Positions 14,246 through 26,851 of a stretch of DNA of 64,000 bases are shown one piece after another. Each line of letters starts with the position of its first letter. The first letter of the stretch is position 1. Below the pieces are notes generated by a model, which had not been told where the DNA came from, ran no database searches, and saw only the letters and a program-made list of their open reading frames with translations. Made by a program: the position numbers and the translations under genes. This DNA comes from Piromyces finnis finn (lineage: Eukaryota > Fungi > Neocallimastigomycota): the NCBI GenBank assembly GCA_002104945.1, contig MCFH01000046.1, positions 372,001 through 436,000 on the forward strand, written 5' to 3'.

Positions 14246-16462
14246 TTTTGTGAATTATTTATTTTTAGATATTATTTAATATTTATTTCTAGTTCCCTAT
14301 GTTATTATTTAGTTAGATTTAATAGATATTTTATTTAATTATAAAGTTGATAACATTTTTTTTGTGTTGCTTTTCTTCTTTCTTTATTTTTTTTTTAATA
14401 TAAATAAAACGACAATACAATAATTTATAAATTTTAAATTAGATTATTTATATATTCTATTGATTTGAATATATATGTTTTCTTATATTTACAACAACAT
14501 ATATATATTTAAAATGAATTTGATAGTATTTTACAAATTTTAAATTAAGTATATACAATCTATCTTAATATTTAATATTTTATTATATTATTAATCATAA
14601 TAATGTTGCTTATTTTATGTTCTATTTATTTGTATAAAGATTTCTTCAATTATTTTTAAAAGTGTAATGAATACAATATTTGGAATATAAAGGATGTAAT
14701 TATGTTAATATTTATAATAAAAATAAGTTTTAAATGACTGAAACTAATAATATTGAAAAAAAAAATAATTCTAATAATTTCTAATAATAATAATAATACT
14801 ACTAAAAAAATAATAATAAAGAAAAAAAAAGATATAAAAAAAAAAGAAGTATTTTAGAAGAAAAAAAAAATTAAAATATAAAATATTAATAATTATAGTT
14901 TAGAAATTAATATATTTGCTAAATTACTTTTATATTAATTATTTATATTATTAAATGAAAAAGGATAATTTTGGATAAAATTATTATTTAATTGTTTCAA
15001 AGTTTTCATGGTAATATAATTGAACAATTCAAATAAACATCCTTTTAATATATTATAATATATAGAAACTTAAATTTTATTGGAAAATATCATATTACTA
15101 CAATAAAATGTAATATATTATTTATTTCTTGTGAAAGGTAGAAATTTTTTATATTCACTTTTTAAACCCATTATACATTTATATTTATGTACATTTATAT
15201 AATATTATATCATCATCATCATTAATAATTATATTATATTATAATTATATTTTATAAATGTATTTGATTATACAACTGATTTTAGTCTTATATCTAACTA
15301 ATTAATTGTAATTAATATTATTTTTTTTATTAAAGTATTTATTTTTAAGTTATTAAATAAATTATTATAATTAATCATTTCAAAATATATATTCATTTCT
15401 CTATTAATAAAGATAATAATCAGATGCTTTATTTTTAGTAACTTATAAATATTATGTTAGATGTCATTTATGGGTATAATATTTTCTCAAAAAACTATAT
15501 ATATATACTTTATACACAATACTATTAAATTAATATATAATCATCTCATATGAATATTGCTTTTAATATATTAAAATAACTAAACAATTTAAATACAATA
15601 AATTATTTAATATATTATATAAGAATTTAATAATTATATTTCTTATTCTTTTTTTTATTATATATTTAAAGTTTTGTGCAACAATATTATCCCAATATAT
15701 TTTTTTTTGATATTAAATTTAATATTAAATAGAGTTTTGACATTTTTGCGGTAAATTATAATTATCAAAAAAAGTCCCGTACTGATATAATTTAGTTTTA
15801 CTTCCTTTTTTAGGGAGAAGTTTAATGTTAATAATCAGTTATTTGACTATTAATAAAACGATGAATTAAATATATGAGATAAAATATTATTTATCTATAT
15901 TATAATATTTATATCTATAAAATATGTTTATACTTGGTGTTAATTGTTAATTAATACTAGAATATAAAATTATGATTAAATATTTATTAAATTGTAATTC
16001 CATAATAAAATATAAAAAACCTAAAAATTTATTATAGGAAATTAAATAAATTTATGTTTTTTAATTTAATTTTATTTTAAGAATTTTAATTATTTTTAAT
16101 TAAATTTAATCACGTTGTATTATGTATATTTTAATTTATTTTATGTATTATATACTTTTTCTTTAATAATTTTTATTAATAATTAAAGTTTTTACTTTGT
16201 ATTTCCTATTTCCTATAACAATACACCTTGAAAAAAAGACTGTATATATAAAACTTATTTTATAACTATTATTATAAAAAATATTTTTAAATAAAAGTTG
16301 CATAAAAAAGTTATAAGATAAATTTATATGCAAACAAATGGCTATGATATTATACAATCTTTTTTATAATTATTTTATTAACAATATAATAAAATGTATT
16401 TAATAGTTGAACCAAAAAAAAAAAAAATAATATAACAGCAAATTTAATGAACTATTAAATTG

Positions 16463-16489
16463 AAATAAATAAATAAATAAACAAATTAA

Positions 16490-16556
<67 letters not shown>
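16463..16556. repeat. (TAAA)n microsatellite, interrupted
   Basis: Directly visible, downstream of PLP2. Confidence 0.95.
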
Positions 16557-16558
<2 letters not shown>

Positions 16559-17114
16559 AATTAATAATATTTTTATTAATATTTATAAAAAAATTTTAAT
16601 TCTGGTTAAAATCATTAATTTATCATGAAAGAATAATTTATGGTTTAAAGTATTTATAAAATAGAATGTTAGAATATATACATATTTAATAAAGTTATAA
16701 TTTAATTCTTATTTAGATTTTTAATTTTCTTTTATGTTTATTTTACATTTTAAAATTTTCAAAACTTATTTTGGTTTGTATTTATACTATTATAAATAAT
16801 ATTTTCTTTTTTATTACATTTATTTGTATACTTTTTTTATACCATTTTTTTGTTCATTTATTTTGTTTTTGTTTGATAAATAAAATATAATAGTAACATT
16901 TTAATAATAGTTGCTTGTATGTTTTATGATTTGTTCAGATATTTTGAAACTTTGCTAAAAAAAAAAAGAAAGATTCTATATAAATTATATATAATGTGAT
17001 AATGTTTGTTTTTTGGTAATTCTTGTAATTGAAAAGACTTTTTTTTTTTCAAGTATCATTTAATAAATCAAATTAATATTAAATAATTTTTTATACAATA
17101 CAATTTTTTTATAT

Positions 17115-17928
17115 TTAATAATCATCACTATCATAATCACTTTCGCTGCTGCTATTATCCTTTTTATCAAATACTTCATCCTTTTCAATTTTAATGACAT
17201 CTAATGAGTGCAAATATAATGCAATTGTTTTAAAGTCAGTACCCTTAAAAGCAATTAATTGATCTTTTAATTGTCCTTCTTGATAAATTAATAAGGTTGG
17301 GAAGTTACGGTCTGGGTAGGCTCTCATATCGTATTTAACAAATTTGGTAGCTTTGAATCTTTCAGCTAGCTTTTTCATATGTTCAGTTACAATACGACAT
17401 TGTGGAACAGAATCACGACACATGTAAACAACAACAGCGCATTCCTTACTGGCTTCAGTAACTTCTCTAACAAAATTAGTTTCATCAATAGTAATTAAAC
17501 TACCATATTTTTCTTTACGAGCTAAGGCTTGCATTTCTGCAATACGTTTTTGACGATATTGTTCAAGAACTCTTCTGTCATCATCTTCTAATAATTCATC
17601 TAATTCATCAAGAGTGCTTTGTTCGAGAATCTCTTCTCTTGTTGGTAACAAGTCATTTGGATCAATTTCTTCTGGCTTTGGTTCTTTTGGTGGAAGGACA
17701 CCCTTTTATATTATTATAATATTATATTTTATAATTAGTTATCATATAATTATTTTTAAATTAATATAGTTATATATACACATTTTCATATTTATTAAAT
17801 AATTTATTTTCACAAACTTCATTAAAATTTTTATTTATTTTATATAATACAACTATTATACATCAATTAGTATATCATCCATTTATATTTTAAAATTTCA
17901 ATTATTTTTCAATATATTCAATAAAAAC

Positions 17929-17959
<31 letters not shown>

Positions 17960-18420
17960 GAATTATCTATAATATACATAACGTATAATATTAATATAAA
18001 AGAAATAGGGATAGTTATTAATGATATATAAATCAAATTTAATTTCAATTTGTGTATTTTAAATTATTATAATTATAGAATCTAAATTTTAACAAATATT
18101 ATTTTAATTTACAAACAAACAATCAAAATGAAATTGACTTATAAGTGAAATCTCCATAATTTTTATTTCTATTATAAATTACTTTATTAAGTATTAGTTG
18201 AAACTAAGACTATTAATATTAAAATTTGAATTTTCGTTAATTAGAAAAATTGTGAATATAAATTATAAATTTTACTATAATAATGACAATAATAAAAAGT
18301 AAAAAATAAAAGAACTATATTTTTTTATTTAAAACATTTTTAATATATAACATTATTTATTATTATTACATGTGCTCTAAGAATATCATTCCATTCAGTG
18401 TCTTCGTTTGGATTTATCAT
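17115..18420 (-). CDS. PLP2: Phosducin-like protein 2/3 (CCT co-chaperone, thioredoxin fold)
   Basis: Exon 1 (18370-18420) MINPNEDTEWNDILRAH splices to exon 2 (from 17702) GVLPPKEPK...DRRVLEQYRQKRIAEM...FVREVTEAS...KFKATKFVK...YPDRNFPTLLIY. This is the typical PhLP2/PDCL3 signature, with an acidic SSSESDYDSDDY tail. Confidence 0.92.
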
Positions 18421-18997
18421 CTTTATTAAATATTATGTATAGAAGATTAAAAAAAAAAAAAAGATATAGATATAAAAATTTAATTGATTTTAATTTTTTT
18501 AAATTAAATTTTTTTCATTATTTTTAATTGTTAAATGTTTATTTTTTTATTTTATTTTTTAAACAAATATTTGATTTTAATAAATGTTATTGTAAAATTA
18601 AAAAATAACAATAATATCATAGTATAGTATAACTATTAAAATATATTATATGGAAATCATTTTAACGAATTTATCATTAAGTTTATAATATTAATAAAAA
18701 TTATAAAAGTTATTTATTTAAAAATAAAAGTTGGCAATTAGAAATTAAATACTATATAAAAATAAAAGAACAAGTTTTATTTGGTATTATATCCATTAAA
18801 AATTAGTTAACAATATGAATATTTGCTATTTATTTTTATACATATATGGTCATTTTATTTTTAAATGTATTTAAAGGAAAAGAAAAAGTGTTAGATCTTA
18901 TTGATAATAAATTATTTTTATATAGGTATATTTTTTTCTAAACTAGATATTATAGATATTTTAATCGTAAAAAAAGAATAGAAATTAGAATAGATAG

Positions 18998-19030
<33 letters not shown>

Positions 19031-19040
19031 AACTTTAAAT

Positions 19041-20413
19041 TTATTCATTCAATTTTTCATAAATTTTTTTTTTGGATAATGAGAAACTTTTGTAGTCAAT
19101 AGATTGCGATGATTGATGGGTGGATGGTTTTATTCCACTTGATGATGGAATTGTAGTGTTTGACTTTCTTCTAGTACTTGATGTACCATTTAGTGGATTA
19201 TTGAGTTCAGGATTATCTTCATTCATATAAGCCATTGCTGATAATTTTTCTTTTATATTATTTGTTCCTGATGGTGTGACAATAGAGTTGGAATAAGCAG
19301 AATTAACAACATAAGCTTTAATTTTTGCATTATTATTTACTAAGCGATTTTCATTCAATTTTTTGTCCAGTGATGCCATAGCCCCTGATTGTCGTAGTTG
19401 ACCTAATGGTGTTCCCATTGAAGAAGCAGGTGGGTTATTTAGTGGAGGAATACAATTAGATGCATGAGCTTTTGAAGTTGCAGAAGAAGGTGGGGTTTGA
19501 AATACATTATCGGTATTTGATGAAAGATTTTCAGTTATACTACCACCCCACCGTTTAGCAGTATTACTAGATTTTGTTATGGTTGGTTTATTGGAGGAGA
19601 CTATTGATATATTATTAGATATTGGTATAAGAGATATTGATGTACTAGGATTATTAATATACTGTGAAGAATCATTTAGATTTATACATGCTGAATATAT
19701 TTCATCTTCTGCATGGAAATTAGTATTATTTGCCATTTTATTTAGATCCTTATAATTATTCATGAAACTTGGTGATGGTGATTTATTCGTTGTGCTTACT
19801 GTTCTATTTTCCTGTTTACTTGATGGTTTACTGGTTGGAATATTAGATTTTCCGTTTTGAATTGAAGATTTTCTTATTTTACTAATACTGTATGTTGAAT
19901 TTGGTATTGGTGCTAATTTATTATATTAATAATTATATTAAATATATTATCATTTAGTAAAAGTTAATTTTGAATGATTTATGAAATACAAAAAAAAAAA
20001 AAAAAAATATCAATAATAAAAGTAATATCAATATGAAAATATTAATAAATGAAATAAATATTAATGATTAATGTATGTAATTATTCATACATTCAGGCTT
20101 TTTATCTTTTATATATTGATTTCGTGAGATACTATTTCCATTGTTATTTAATGATTCCTTATATTTTGATGTATTATATGGAATTTCTGAGTCACTACTA
20201 TCTATTTCTTTTCCCTTTTTTCCTTTAACTTTTATACTATTTTCTGAATAATTTATATCATCCATTCTACTTGAAGTTTCATTTGAAAATTTTTCATCCC
20301 TAATCTTTTAACATATATAAATTATATATATTATTAATAATATTTTTTTTTTAAAAAGTTGATATTAAAATTTATAAATAGTGTTATTATTTTTTAATTA
20401 TATGCAAAAATTA

Positions 20414-20507
<94 letters not shown>

Positions 20508-23214
20508 GTCCGTTTAATTATTTTAATTATCAAACATACTCTTTTATTTTCATTTAAAGTTTCATCTGAATTTATGGCACTTTCTTCATTATTTAATGTA
20601 TCATTTTGACTACTTTGTAAGTTTCGATAATTATCACTTTCAGCTGATCGAATATCTCTTTCAGCTGATCTTAAATTTCTTCTTTCCGTATTAATTTTCA
20701 TATTAGTATAGGTACTATTATTAATATTTTGATTACTATTTTTTTCTTTGTTGGATTTCCTTTCTGAGACCCCAGCTGAGTTGGACTTTTCTCTGGCAGA
20801 ATGTGTTCTTTCTCTTTCAGAATTTGATATTTCTCTCGTTGAATTTCTTGTTGAATTAGATTTTTCTTTAATTGAATTTCTATCTGAATTTGTTCTTTCC
20901 CTTGTTGAGTTTCTTGTCGAATTAGTTTTTTCTCTGTTTGAATTAACATTTTCTTTTTCTCTTGCTGATTGTGTTTTTTCTCTTGTTGAATTTCTCGTTG
21001 AGTTTCTTGTTGAATTTCTCGTTGAGTTTCTTGTTGAATTTCTTGTTGAATTTCTTGAACTTACTGAATTAACTGAATTCCTAGTATTACTTTCTTTTTC
21101 ACGTTGTTTAGCTTCCAATAATTCTTTGTTCTTTTCATGTCTTCTTTTACTTTCTTTATTTCTATCTACTAATTCCTTTACCATATAATACAATGAGAAT
21201 TCTGGTGAACGAACATCATTTAAAATTCTCTTTGGTAATTCATTAATATTAAAACCCATTCTAGCTGTTCTTTCTAAAATTTCTTTATCTAAATTTATAA
21301 GGGGTGGTCTATCTTGTAAATAATTTGGAGGTGGTGAGTTGTATTCTGATATTGTCCATGGATGATGTCTAATTTCTTCTATTGTTAATCTTTTTTTCGG
21401 ATCTAATTCTAACATCCCTTTAATTAATGATTTTGCCTCTGAATATAAATTAAATTTAAATGTATAATTATCATAATTTTTTTTTTTTAATTTTTTTTTA
21501 TTAGAAAATGAAATAAAGTTAGATGTTAAAATTTATATATATTAATATATTTTTAATTTTATGGCTTAATATATATATATAAATATTTAAATGAAAATGA
21601 TGAAATATATACCTAAGGGAATATAGTTTGAATCTCCATATTCTGCATGTAAAATCTTTCTTTGAGTTTCTGCTGGATCCTTTGCAGCAAATGGTAATGC
21701 ACCAACAAAAAAAACATATAAACAAACACCTTTTTTTTTTTTTTTTTTAATTTTTAATATTTATTTTTCATTAGAGTATTAGTAATAATTAGTAAATTGT
21801 ATTAGTTTGGTAATATTCAATTAAAATATTATTCATTATATATATACCTAAACTCCATATATCAACTTAGTAATTAATTTATTAATATAATAAATAAAAT
21901 AGTATTAATTAGTAAATTAAAATACAATTTTATATTTTTATCCTTAATCAAAACTAAATTTACCTTCGGGACCAACATATTTCCTACTACCAACCATTTC
22001 CGGGGCAACATACATTGGTGAACCACAAAAAGTATTCAACTATTAAATATATATAATATTAGTTTTAGAGAAAAACTAAATTATGGAATAAAATTATATT
22101 ATATATTCATTTTTTTTATTATCATACCTTATTTTCATAATCAAAAAAATTTACAAAACCAAAATCAGCCAATTTTAAATTTCCATGTGAGTCAATCAGA
22201 AGATTTTCAGGTTTTAAATCTATATATATATATATATACATATATTTTTTTTTAAAAAAATATTAAAATTAATCTATGTTAATATTCAATTATATATTTT
22301 TATAATGAAAAACATATTATCATATTATATTAGGTAAACTAATTTTTTGACGAAATATTTATGAATATACCTCTATGAATTAAACAACTATTATGTAAAT
22401 ATGACAGTGCTGATACAATTTGTCTAAAATATTTTCTGGCCAATTTTTCTTTAAATCTTTTCTTTGTAATAATATAGTCGAAAAGTTCTCCTATTAATTG
22501 TAAATTTTTTTTAATAATTAAAGATTAATAAATTATTATTTTTTTTTTTTTATAAATTGGATCCTTTAAGAATTAGAGTTTAATAATTATTTATATATAT
22601 TTTTTTACCTCCTTCGACATATTCTAGTACTAATATAATCTCATCTACCAATTCACCAACTTCATAAAGTTTGACAATATGTGGATGTTGTATTAATTTT
22701 AAGAATCGAATCTAAAATATTATAGTTTTGAAAATTATAATAGATTATAATAATATAATTATTATTAGAAAATTATAATCCAAGTAATATTTTTTTTTAT
22801 GAAATAATAAATATATTTGAATGTTGCTATTAATATTACTTCTCTTTTTAATCTTTTAACATGCGATACTGTTTGTAATTTTGTTTTTGGAATAACTTTT
22901 AATGCAACCTTTTTTTTTTTTAAAAAAAAAAAAAAAAACGTAAGATCAGTAAGTGATATAATTAATAGTAAGAGTTGAATAATTATATTTTTTTTAATAT
23001 AATATTGATATTGTGAATATTTTATTTATTGTTTTATTACTTTTTGACCATTAATAATATTTGTAGCTAATTTAACCTTGGCATAACTCCCTTCTCCAAT
23101 AACCATTTCAACCTTGTATTTTTTGAAAAGAATTACATGATGATCTTGTTTATTATTATTATTATTATTAGTGTTGTTATTATTATGTTGAACAGATTTA
23201 ACTTGAGTACTCAT
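19041..23214 (-). CDS. AMPK-related (CAMKL, MARK/Kin1-like) Ser/Thr kinase with UBA-like segment and long disordered tail
   Basis: The spliced catalytic domain is complete: [81 protein letters not shown]-like segment follows ([15 protein letters not shown]...EFSLYYMV). About 11 exons. Confidence 0.92.
20414..20506. repeat. (ATT)n microsatellite inside a kinase intron
   Basis: Directly visible. It explains the poly-Ile end of ORF 20411-21415. Confidence 0.95.
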
Positions 23215-24720
23215 TTAGTAATTTATAATAATAATATAAATTGATTAAATATTGAATAATATCAATAGTTAATAGTTATCTTCTATATTATCTAAATTAA
23301 TGTTATACATTTAAATATATCATTAATAATATTATAATATTATATATATATAAATATATAAGTAGTATCATAATACTCACAGCTATTAATAATATAAAAA
23401 GTGAGTATATTTTTCTATTTTAATATTCATTAAGGTAGATAATAATAATAACGGTATTATTATTAATTTATTATAGATATTTTGACTTTATCTATACAAA
23501 AATACAAAAATTTGGATATAACTTTAAAGTATTGGACTCTAAATAATTAATTGTTGATTTTTTTTTTAAAAAAAAGATGAAGCATATATTTACAAGGTAG
23601 TTTTATCCATAAAAGTTATATGAACATAATTAAATTATTTTCCTTTTTAATTGGTGATGGCATATATCTTTTTTTATTTTTATTTTTTTATTGTATATTT
23701 TATATAGATTATAATATTTATAAATGCTTTTTTTTTTTTTTTTTTTTTTTTTTTAATCGTTAATTATAAATATTTTTTAATATTTTTAATGAATATGTTT
23801 AATTTATTTTCATAAATATTCCAAATAATGTTTAATGAATATGCAAATAATTTACAATCGAATGATGAAATATATAGGTTAAGTTGATAATAATTATAAT
23901 CCCAATATATGTATTTTAATAATATTAATATATCTAAATATTATTCATAGAGAAATAGTATTATATATTTTTTCTTTTTTTCTTTTTTTCTTAATTTTTA
24001 GTATATTAAATGTATAAATAAAATAATATATACGATTTTAATGAATAAATATAGTATTACTTTCATACAAAATCGAAAAAAATTAAAAGCTAAAATTCAT
24101 TTAATGATTTTTTTTTTTTTGTATATAATACATAGAATTTGAAATGGTTTCATTAACTTTGTTCTTTTTTTTTTTTTTTTAATTTAGTACCATAAATAAT
24201 AATTATATTTCTTTTCAAATAAAATTTAAATTTTTAAAATTATTTTCGAATTTCAATCAAAAGAAAAAATAGTAATTTTTAAACTTTTTATTATGATATA
24301 AAAATAAAAAATATCCCTTTTATTTTTATCATAATAACATATAAACTTTAACAATTTTTTTTTAATCTCATACTTTATATTCTTTTTATAAATCTAATAT
24401 ATATATATTCTCTGATATATATAGAATATGTAATATAATAATCCTATATATTATATAATAAAAAGTTTTAAATCTATAAATTAATATTGATCAGAAAATT
24501 TTCAAAGGTAAATTGGTAAATTTATCTGCATGTCACCAATTAATTTTTCTTTTTCTTTAATAAATCAATTAACCATAAAAGAATATCTTTTTTTTTTTTT
24601 TTTTTATATTATTAATGATTTGAAAAAAATTTTTAAGTAATAAATATTAAACATTTTATTCATTAATACATTAAAAATTATAAATAAAATAGATATATTT
24701 AAATAATTACAGGAAATTAA

Positions 24721-25202
<482 letters not shown>

Positions 25203-26037
25203 TTGAAATAGTTGCATAGAATAAAAGTTATAGCCATATACCATAATTATAATACTTTTCCCTTATTTCAAAGGTGTCATGCTTTATATACATTAATTTC
25301 AAAAATGTTTTATTGAATATTTGATGGTGATTATGTATTGTAAATATAAAAAAAAAATATTTTATCTTATCTCATTAAGTATTGCTATTTCATTTTGTTA
25401 CTAAAAAAAATTTAAAATATAAAATTAGATGATAGTTTTACAAGTAACAAAATAATCAAATATTATAATCATCAAAAATCATTATCTATCAAATATGCCA
25501 AAATATGCCGTTATTAATGTAATGCTGTTTATGATATTTTTCATATTAATTTACTTTTTAATTTTTTTAATGATGTTTTGGAATGCATTTGATATATTAA
25601 TTTTAATATTTATTAATTTAAAAAGTGTATTAATTATAATTATTAATTAATAAAAGATATTAATATGTATAAAACTTTTAAATTTTTGTGGTTTGAAAAT
25701 AATTAAAATTTTAAAACAACTAATTGTAAATATTGAAAGTTTTAAAAATATTAAAATTTTAATTTTGTAAAAATTTACAGTACAACTGATTGGTAGTCAA
25801 AAAATTAAAATTATACTTTTATACTATTTATATGAAATTAAATTATACACAAAAAAAGAAAAAAGAAAAAAAAAATAAAAACTATTAGAGCTGCGGCGGT
25901 AAAGAAATATTTTTTTTTTAAATATAAATACTCTTTAATTTTTCCTTTTTTTTTGAATTTTTAAACTAAAAAAAAAAAAAAGAATATAAAATAAAGTAAT
26001 CTATTGTAAAAAATTTAAAAAAAAAACAAAAAACAAA

Positions 26038-26851
26038 ATGAAATCATTCTTATTTTCAACGGTATTTTTATTATCTACTATTGCTAAAGTTTATAGTATT
26101 GGATACACTTGTAAAAAACATGTTGTTATTTCTGAAGGTGATGAATGTACCGATATTTTTGGATATGATTCCAAAAAAGATTATTTTGTTAAATACGATC
26201 AATTAATGCTCTATAATCCAAGTATGCAATCATAAATATGTTTATGTAAATTGAAGAAGTAAAAAAAAAATTAAATTAATATAACTAATTTTTTCCAAAT
26301 ATGTAAATAGATGTTGATTGTGATGCATTATTTGAAAGAGAAATGATATGTGTTGAAGTTGATGAAAAGAAAAGTCCTAAAATGCTATCCTATACTCTTC
26401 AACCAAATGATACTTGGGATTCTGTTGCTAAAAAGTTACATTCTTCAAAGCAAGCTCTTTATCACACAAATTTAAGTAAGTATTTTTAATAGAATAAATT
26501 AATTTTTAAATATTTTATTTAAAATATTAAAATTATTATAAAATTATAGATGTCTTTAGATACTTTGAAGATAATATTGAAGATTATATAAAATATGAAA
26601 GAATAATAGATTACCGTGAGGATGGTCGTTATAACCCAACTTTTGATGAGAGTGTTAAAATTGATATTAAAACCGGAAAGCCAATTAAAAGTGGAAAATC
26701 AAAAGATAAAATTACCAAAACTACAACTAAAACCAAAACTACAACCAAAACCACAACTAAAGCAAAAACCACAACTAAAGCTAAAACTACAACAAAAGCT
26801 AAAACCACAACCAAAAATACAAAAACCAATAAGAAGACTACTAAAAAATAA
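26038..26851 (+). CDS. Secreted LysM-domain protein (two LysM-like units) with K/T-rich tail
   Basis: Exons 26038-26221, 26311-26475 and 26550-26851 join in frame. Signal peptide, then CKKHVVISEGDECTDI...QLMLYNPNVDCDALFEREMICV (Cys-containing fungal LysM pattern), YTLQPNDTWDSVAKKLHSSKQALYHTN, and TTTKAK repeats. Confidence 0.8.

Noticed and set aside
15745-15845. GC-richer patch as a tRNA or ncRNA
   Set aside because: No cloverleaf, no A/B boxes and no recognisable fold.
17861-17882. ATG GAT GAT ATA CTA ATT GAT as PLP2 start exon
   Set aside because: The exon at 18370-18420 matches the family N-terminus (NPNEDTEWNDIL) far better.
20748-21188. 146-aa antisense ORF with LVEF repeats (also 20698-20949, 26629-26829, 45031-45426, 49773-50099, 7794-7982)
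   Set aside because: Shadow frames of real exons or low-complexity coding repeats.
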